Of a stretch of 64,000 nucleotides of DNA, positions 55,651 to 64,000 are shown piece after piece. Both the position numbers and the translations under genes were made by a program. Numbering within the stretch: the first letter of the stretch is position 1; the number at the start of each line of letters is the position of its first letter. The notes beneath the pieces are model-generated. The model saw nothing but the letters and a program-made list of their open reading frames with translations, made no database searches and was not told the DNA's origin. Source of the DNA: the human T2T-CHM13v2.0 reference genome, Homo sapiens; assembly GCF_009914755.1 (NCBI RefSeq), contig NC_060928.1. One strand, 5' to 3'.

Positions 55651-56527
55651 GAACAAAATCACAAGGAATAAACATGATTATACAGGCAGTAAGGATTTTG
55701 ACAACATGAAGGGACTCTGAATACAAAAACAAATATTTATGGTCCTAATCAAATCACTGGCACATTTTTCCATGGACATAGTAAACAGAGGAGATTAACA
55801 TTGTACTGATTCAGGATATGGAATACTTCTGTTTGAATAAATAACAGCAGAATATTTGTACAGTAAATAATAATAATAAATTTATTAATCATTTTATAGG
55901 GTCCTAGAAAAGATGTATCTTATTGATGAATATTTAAGGTTTGATAGAAAGTAATAACTTCTGAGAATTAATTTCTGTTTTACAACTAGATGTCATAGTT
56001 GGATAATCAGTTGAAATGATGATGATAGTTGACTGTTCTCTGTATTTAAATAAAGACATTTAACATTGAAATGAAAATTATACTCAGATATTAGTTTGCT
56101 TTCCATAAACACCAGATACTCAGTTCTTTTTGATGGATTATCACAAAAACAACACATGTTAATAACTAAATAAGTGAATTTGCAGAACAAAACTGATAAA
56201 ATAAGAGTTTTCTAAACTTACAAAATGTCAGTATGCTAGTTACAAAGCCATTGCTCTTTAAGTCTATTTTTTTCCCCTTTCTCTCTGGCACTGGGGCTAA
56301 GGTCTACAAATTATGTTCCTGTACCATCTGGCTTTCTATGATATTCTGCCAATTAATGACCTTAGAAGACAGTAAAAGGCGGGAGAAAAGGCGTTTGATC
56401 CTTCTTATTTGATAATTGTTACTGTTAGTGGCACCCGCACTCCAGCCATCTTCCTTTGTTCCAGTGACAGCAATTGGTTCCAGCCTTTAACTTCTTTCTA
56501 CATGTCCAGAAACATTCTTATTGCTCT

Positions 56528-58834
56528 TGTGTTAATCTTTTCTAATGCTGCTGATAAAGACATAGCTGAGATAGGGCAATTTACAAAAGCAAGAAGTTTA
56601 ATGGACTTACAGTTCCACATGGCTGGGGAGGCCACACAATCATGGTGGAAGGCAAGGAGGAGCATGTCATGGATGGCAACAGGCAAGAAGAGAGAGCTTG
56701 TGCAGGGAAACTCCCATTTTTAAAACCATCAGATCTCATGAAACTTATTCAATATCATGAGAGACAGCACAGGAAAGACCCACTCCCATGATTGAATTAT
56801 CTCCCATCAGGTCCCTCCCACAACACGTGGGAATTATGGGAGATACAAGATAAAATTTGGGTGGGGACACAGCGACAAACCATATCATTCTACCCCTGGC
56901 CCCTCCCAAATCTCATGTCTTCACATTTCAAAACCAACCATGTTTTCTCAGTCCCCCAAAGTCTTAACTCATTTCAGCATTAATTCAAAAGTCCACAGTC
57001 TAAAGTATCATCTGAAATAAGGCAAGTCCCTTCCACCTATGATACCACCTATGATAAAATCAAAAGCAAGTTAGTTACTTCCTAGATACAATGGAGGTAC
57101 AGGCATTGAGTAAATATAGCCATTCCAAATGGGACAAATTGGCCAAAACAAAGGAGCTACAGGCCCCATGCAAGTCTGAAATCCAGTGGGGCAGTCAAAT
57201 CTTAAAGCTCCAAAATGATCTCCTTTGACTCCATGTCTCACATCTAGGTAACACTGACACACAAGGTAGGTTCCCACAGTCTTGGGCAGCTTCGCCCCTG
57301 TGGCTTTGCAGGGTACAGCCTCCTTCCTGGCTGCTTTCATGGGCTGGCACTGAGTGTCTGCAGCTTTTCCAGGCACATGGTGCAAGCCGTCGGTGGACCT
57401 ACCATTCTGGGTTCTGGAGGACAGTGGTCCTCTTCTCACAGTTCCACTAGGAGGTGACCCAGTAGGGACTCTGTATGGGGCTCCCACCCCACATTTCTCT
57501 TCTGCACTGCCCTAGCAGAGGTTCTCCATGAGGGCCCCACCCCTGCAGAAAACTTCTGCCTGGGCATCCAGGCCTTTCCTTACATCCTCTGAAATCTTGG
57601 CAGAGGTTCCTAAACCTCAATCTTCCTGACTTCTGTGCACTTGCAATCTCAACACCATGTGGAAGCTGCCAAGGCTTGGGGCTTGCACCCTCTGAAGCCA
57701 TGACCCAAGCTCTACATTGGCCTCTTTCAGCCATGGCTGGAGCAGCTGGGATGTAGGGCACTATGTCCCTAGCCTACAACAGCACAGGGACTCTGGGCCT
57801 GGCCGACAAAACCATTTTTCCCTCCTAGGCTTCCAGACCTATGATGGAAGGGACTGTTGTGAAGACCTCTGACATGTCCTGGAGACACTTTCCCCATTGT
57901 CTTGGGCATTAACATTCGGTTTCTTGTTACTTATGCAACTTTCTGCAGCCAGCTTGAATTTCTCAGAAAATGGGATTTTGTTTTCTATCACATTGTCAGG
58001 CTGCAAATTTTCTGAACTTTTATGATCTGCTTCCCTTTTAAAATTCAAAGCTTTTAACAGCACCCAAGTCACATCTTGAATGCCTTGCTGCTTAGGAGCT
58101 TCTTCTGCCAGATACCCTGAATTATCTCTCTCAAGTTCCCAGTTCCACAGATCTCGAGGGCGTGGCAAAATGCCACCAGTCTCTTTGATAAAATATAACA
58201 AGAGTTACCTTTGCTTCAGTTCCCAGCAAGTTCCTCATTTTCATCTGAGACCACCTCAGCCTGCACTTTATTGTCCACATTACTATCAGGATTTTGGGCA
58301 AAGCCATTCAACAAATCTCTACTAAATTCAAACTTTTCCACATTTTCCTGTCTTCTTCTGAGCCCTCCAAAGTGTTACAACCCTGGCCTGTTACCCAGTT
58401 CCAAAGTCATTTCCACATTTTGGGGTATCTTTTCAACAGTGCCTCACTCTCCTGGTACCAATATACTGTATTAGTCCATTTTCATGCTGCTGATAAAGAC
58501 ATACCTGAGACTGGGCAATTTACAAAAGAAAGAGGTTTAATGGATTTACAGTTCCACATGGCTGGGGAGGCCTCACAATCATGGCAGAAGGCAAGGAGGA
58601 GCAAGTCACGTCTTATGTGGATGGCAGCAGGCAAGGGGAGAGAGCTTTTGCAGGGAAACTCCCATTTTTAAAACAATCAGATATCATGAGACTTACTCTC
58701 TATCATGAGAGCAGCACAAGAAAGACCCGACCCCATGATTCAACTATCTCCCACCAGGTCCCTCCCACAACACGTGGGAACTATGGGAGCTACAAGATGA
58801 GATTTGGGTGGGGACACAGAGCCAAACCATGTAA
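56528..58834 (-). mobile_element. Full-length THE1 (THE1B/C-like) MaLR: LTR 56528-56887, internal 56888-58466, LTR 58467-58834
   Basis: Two similar LTRs around a ~1.6-kb THE1 internal region; 5-bp TSD gctct/gctcc; internal ORF fragmented. Confidence 0.92.
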
Positions 58835-60439
58835 GCTCCCCTCAGGGATTCCGGGACCTCGAATGCAGCATCCTCTCCTCAGATCTCTGAGGCCCAACAA
58901 TGTGGGACTCCTCCCCTGAGCATCTGAGTAACCAGCACCAGCCATCCATGCAGTGCACCTTCCTCATGCATCTGACTGAAGCTCCTCAAGCCTTCACCTC
59001 ATGCCCCGTGAGGTGCCAGCACCTCACCTCAGAAGTATAAGTGCCAACTCTACAGAGGTATGGCTTTAAGCTTTTTGGTTTTAATAACCCCAACCTCTAT
59101 CTTTCATTGCTCTTCTTTTATGGGAGATCCCTGCTTTCTGAATTTATTAATCTTTCTGTTACTCCATTATGTCCTTTGGCAGTCCTTCAGTACAGTTACA
59201 GAAATTCTTATATTAAGTTCTATCTTTGGAAAAACCCACTATTTTTTCCTGGTTTTTGAAAGACTTTATTGATATACTCAGTGTTTTGGATGTATTTGAA
59301 TAAGACTATTCTGAATATATGACAGTAAAATTATAAAGCAGTTTACAAAAAGTTCCTTAAGACCATGATAAACAGGTTGAGTAAACAAAGATTTTAGATC
59401 AGTTTTCTTACTACCTACAATAATTAATAATATGCATATTAACTAATCAAACATGCAATAATATTTTCAGTATGTAATGTAAGAGAAAGTACATTTTAGT
59501 CTCTACCTCAATAACTAATTAAAAAATTTGGACTAAGCTGATCTGAACAATAGCAAAAAAAGTTTTAAAATTACTCAGTAAAAATTCTGCTTATACTTCT
59601 AGATGCATAGAATTCTGTTTTATTATTACACTCATAAAGTCTGCAAGCTAATACTCATACTGTCTAGTATAGCAAAGTCAATGAGCAAGGATACTTTGAA
59701 AACATCTTTTCTCCAAATCATAGATTTAAATGACTAAAGATGGTATCTTGCCTTTCCTCTGCCTATATGTAAAACAAACAAGAAAATGCACAAATGTTAA
59801 GAACCTAGCACCTCTCAAATTGAGTAAGAAAAGGGGTAATATTTTTTAGCACTAATTGTAGCAAGCAATATGTTTCTTGCCTCTTAGCATTTAACCCCCA
59901 CATTAACCTTTAAGGTAAGAATAATGAGTACCTCTCTCCCTCTTACTTGAAACATAAGGAAAGTGAGTCCTTAGGGAGCTTTAACTATAGGTCCAGGATT
60001 TGAACGCAGCTCTCCTGTTTCCAATGCCTATGTTTTTTCCTTTAATGCATTCTTAGCCCAGTTGGTGCTTAATACCATCATTACATGAAATAATGAGTCA
60101 TATCTCCAGTTACCAATATGGTTCAGTTCTCTATCCAACTCTCTTTTCAAAATGCACCAACTTATCAGTTTGTTTATCCAAGGTGTTTTTCTCATTTCCT
60201 TCCTTTCCTTTTTCCCCAGCTCCTTCTCCACTTCTATATTCTCTTCTTCCTTCATTTTTCAAATGTTTGCATTTAAAATCTGTGAAAAGTTGAAGTTGCT
60301 GTCCCATAATGCATATTATTTTTCAAATTCATGTAATATATAGCATTTATTGTATACGTGTGTGTACACGTTTCTGTAGTAAACTCATTGACCAGTAACA
60401 ATTTATAGCAACAGCCACAATTTTCATCACCTATATTAG

Positions 60440-60758
<319 letters not shown>

Positions 60759-61702
60759 TGACCAATCCCCCAGTGGTTCCCTTTATTTTTTAATTGGCAT
60801 ATAATATGAGTTACATCATTTTAATTAAGAATACAATTAAATTTCTGTTTTTTTGTTTGGACAAACATTTTGTTTAATATCAACTGTTGGGAAAGATTTT
60901 AACTCATATCCTTTTCAGAAACAGTCATAAATATTAATATGTAGATCTTATGTTTCTTTAAGCTTATTTTAGGAATTTGATAGAGCCATTATTGAATGTT
61001 CCAGTTATGTTACACATCCTTTGCTGTTCTTTTTTAAAGCAACAAATGATTCTTTATTATTTATTGACAAACCCTTGAACTTTTAAAAGTCTTGAACTAT
61101 GTCTTGAGGTCTTTGAGATTTAAATTTTTTTAATATTGCAGCATTTTTATTTCACCCAATTCAACTTTCAAAGCTAGCAAGATCTTGAAAATCTCAAAAT
61201 GGCAAGAGGAGAGCTGACATGCATTAGCACTCAGTGTTTACTTAAAATAAGAAATTCCCACAGGACCAAGTCCTAGACACTTTCTATTCATGGAATATGG
61301 TGAATTTAAAGGGATCAACAGTAAAATAATTGAATTTATAACGCTAGATTTAAAGGTAGATTTTGTTACCACAATAATAACCTTCCTTAATAAGCACAGA
61401 ACATTCACATATCAGCAAAAGCTACTAGCAACTGATGAAATCTGAACGAAGTAAACTGAGGCCAAGGATGTTCTCATACCACGTACAGGCAACCAATGCA
61501 TACATTCATCTCTGTTTACTCTAAAAGGAGTGGAAAGGAGAAGATGTTGCCAGAGATATCATACAATTCTGGCCTAATGTGAGGGAGGAGAAAGTATTGA
61601 ATTAGTTTACCACCTTTTGGAGTAAATTTAATGATTGAATTTGTCAAAGTTATAATTTCTACTCAGATTAAGGGATGGGAAAGAGAAAGCAAACACAGTA
61701 TG

Positions 61703-62133
61703 TGTCTTAGTTCACTTGTGTTGCTAGTAAAGAACACTGATAATTTATAAAGAAAAAATATTTATTTGGCTCACAATTCTGATTTCGAAAAAAGTTTAAA
61801 ATTGGCCATCTGCATCTGGTGAGGGTCTCAGGCTGCTTCCACTCATGGCAGAAGGTGAAGGGGAGGTGGAATGTGCAGAGATTGCATGGTGAGAAAGGAA
61901 GCAAGAGGGAGAGGGGAGAGAGGTACCAGGCCCAGCCCTTTTTAACAACCAGCTCTCTTGGTAACTAATAGAGTGAGAATTCGCTTACCATCACCATGCC
62001 TAAGGAGGGGATTAATCTATTCATGAGAGATCTGCCCCCATTACCCAAACACCTTCCATGAAGCCCCATGTTCAACATTGGGGATCAAATTTCAACGTGA
62101 AGTTTGGAGAGGTCAAATATCCTAATGATAGCA
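61703..62133 (-). mobile_element. MSTB-like MaLR solo LTR
   Basis: tgtcttagt..tttatttggctcacaattctg..gcatctggtgagggtctcaggctgcttccactcatggcagaagg..ggggatcaaatttcaac..atagca. Confidence 0.82.
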
Positions 62134-62834
62134 GTATGGCTAAAATAATGAAGAAAATTGAAAAGCTTCACAGTTATACTCATTCTAGGTGAGGCTGGTC
62201 AATGAAGTAGCTACCATGGTTGATGGTCTGACTTGACCTTCTGAACTGCCAGACCTTGATTGAGACCTAAGTCTCATCCACGTGCATAGGCAGAGCTAAA
62301 ACCTGAAAATTAGAAGAAATGACTTCAATCAACGTGGGATATAAATGAATACATTTTTACACATTATGCCTTGATTTTGGCAAAAATACTATTGAATTCA
62401 GATGCCTATATATTAATATAATTCTTATTCTGAAATAAACTTTGTTGACCTAGGGCAAGTGTCTTTTTCTTTAAGTACGCTTGTCACACTGCTACCAGGC
62501 TGACTTTTATGAATTTTTATACTGTTTCTCTCTTTCTCTTACATGACACTCTTTAGACACTCATCGTTGTTTACAAGGACTGGCCAATAATCTCCTCTGA
62601 GCTCTGACCTCTATGTAACCTGTCTAGGCTAATCCATGGCTCGTCTTATGTCCTACTGCAGTTCTACTGATTATTTACAATTGCTTATCTTCCAAGACTG
62701 CCCAAAAGTCATTTCTTTCATAAAGCCGTTTTTTCCCCTCCACTCCCTGAGAGTTGATAACTTCCTCTTTTGTGTCCTCACAATATCTTGAATCTGATTC
62801 TGAAATCTTCTTGTGGGAATTGTGCCCTCATTTA

Positions 62835-63250
62835 CAGATGATCCCAAACTTATGATTTTTTGACTTTACAATGGTGTCAAAGTGATGCCCATTTAGTAGA
62901 AATTGTACTTAAAATTTTAAATTTTGATCTTTTCCTGGGCTATTGATATGTGATATAATACTATTACCTGAGATATTCAACACTTTATTGTAAAATGGGC
63001 TTTGTGTCATGCACAAACATAGCTTAGCCTAGCCTGCCTTAAAGGGCTCAGAATACTTACATTAGCCTACCCAAATGTAGGAGTCCAAATTTGTAGGTTA
63101 ATGTGAGTGTTCTGAGCATTTTAAGTTAGGAAAAGCTTAAGCTATAGTGTTTGATAAGTTAGGTGTTTAAGTGTATTTTTGATTTGCAATATTTTTAATT
63201 TATGATAGGTTAATCGAGAAATAACATCACTGTAAATTGAGGAGCATCTG
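62835..63250. mobile_element. MER47-like Tigger DNA transposon
   Basis: TIRs cagatgatcc / ggagcatctg, TA TSDs, internal catagcttagcctagcct..ccttaaa. Confidence 0.8.
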
Positions 63251-63341
63251 TAATTAGATGTTTGTTTTTTCATTTTCTCATATCCAAGCATCACCAGGAC
63301 ATTGCTCAACTAGATTACGTATTAAGTACTCAGTGATCATT

Positions 63342-63839
63342 TTATAAATGTGTAAATAAACATGTTAAAAATAATGTTGAGTCAGTGAGGGCAGTTCCAA
63401 GATGGCCGAATAGGAACAGCTCCAGTCTACAGCTTGCAGTGTGAGCAACGCAGAATACTGGTGATTTCTGCATTTCCAACTGAGGTACTGGGTTTATCTC
63501 ACTGTGGCTTATTGGACAGTGGGTGCAGGACAGTGGGTGCAGCACATCGAGCATGACCCGAAGAACAGCGAGGCATTGCCTCACCCAGGAAGTGCAAGGG
63601 GTGAGGGAATTCCCTTTCATAGCCAAGCAAAGCTGTGACAGACGGCACCTGAAAAATCGGGTCACTCCCACCCAAATACTGCGCTTTTCCAATGGTCTTA
63701 GCAAGCGGCACACCAGGAAATTATATCCTGCGCCTGGCTCAGAGGGTCCCATGCCCACGGAGCCTTGCTCATTGCTAGCACAGCAGTCTGAGATTGAACT
63801 GTAAGGTGGCAGCGAGGCTGGGGGAAGGGCGCTCGCCAT
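63342..63839 (-). CDS. L1 ORF0 homolog, open for 165 codons (coding status unproven)
   Basis: N-terminus MASALPPASLPPYSSISDCCASNEQGSVGMGPSEPGAGYN..EKRSIWVGVTRFFRC closely resembles the 71-aa primate L1 ORF0. Confidence 0.6.
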   Translation of the reverse strand: MASALPPASLPPYSSISDCCASNEQGSVGMGPSEPGAGYNFLVCRLLRPLEKRSIWVGVTRFFRCRLSQLCLAMKGNSLTPCTSWVRQCLAVLRVMLDVLHPLSCTHCPISHSEINPVPQLEMQKSPVFCVAHTASCRLELFLFGHLGTALTDSTLFLTCLFTHL

Positions 63840-64000
63840 TGCTGAGGCTTGAGTAGGTAAACAAAGTGGCCAGGAAGCTCAAACTGGGGGGAGCCCACCG
63901 CAGTTCAAGGAGGCCTGCCTGCCTCTGTAGACTCCACCTCTCGGGGCAGGGCATAGCCAAACAAAAGGCAGCAGAAACCTCTGCAGACTTAAATGTCCCT
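63387..64000 (+). mobile_element. L1PA (about L1PA5-7-like) 5'UTR, element continues beyond the window
   Basis: gagggcagttccaagatggccgaataggaacagctccagtctacagc is the L1 5' terminus; YY1 site CAAGATGGCCG at 63398-63408; tt/aaaa target-like site upstream. Confidence 0.93.

Noticed and set aside
57071-58201. ORFs inside the THE1 internal region
   Set aside because: Fragments of the decayed MaLR internal ORF broken by stops and frameshifts
56619-58571. PRDM9 hotspot motif in THE1 LTRs
   Set aside because: Both LTRs read CCTCCCCAGCCAT, mismatching CCNCCNTNNCCNC at two key positions

Overview
Primate (by all appearances human) genomic DNA covering the 5' half of the alpha-synuclein gene SNCA on the minus strand. 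It holds ~29.5 kb of intron 4, coding exons 4, 3 and 2 (residues 1-102, wild type at A30, E46, H50, G51, A53, E83), several alternative non-coding first exons in a CpG island shared with the antisense lncRNA SNCA-AS1, the NACP-REP1 microsatellite and ~19 kb of upstream DNA. The rest is mostly interspersed repeats (Alu, L1, L2/MIR, MaLR/ERV LTRs, a full THE1 element, MER DNA transposons). Most notable observations: (i) the 5' end of an L1PA whose antisense promoter and open, C-terminally extended ORF0 point toward SNCA in the sense direction; (ii) REP1 has the long (TC)10TT(TC)10(TA)8(CA)12 structure; (iii) the unique flank of REP1 is a 26/27-bp copy of a sequence 4.2 kb away, one of several short non-tandem duplications; (iv) back-to-back splice donors on opposite strands in the promoter; (v) exon-4 read-through giving a 115-aa isoform. 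No wholly new gene system is evident. Repeat subfamily calls and literature-derived labels are from recognition/recall, not from database searches.
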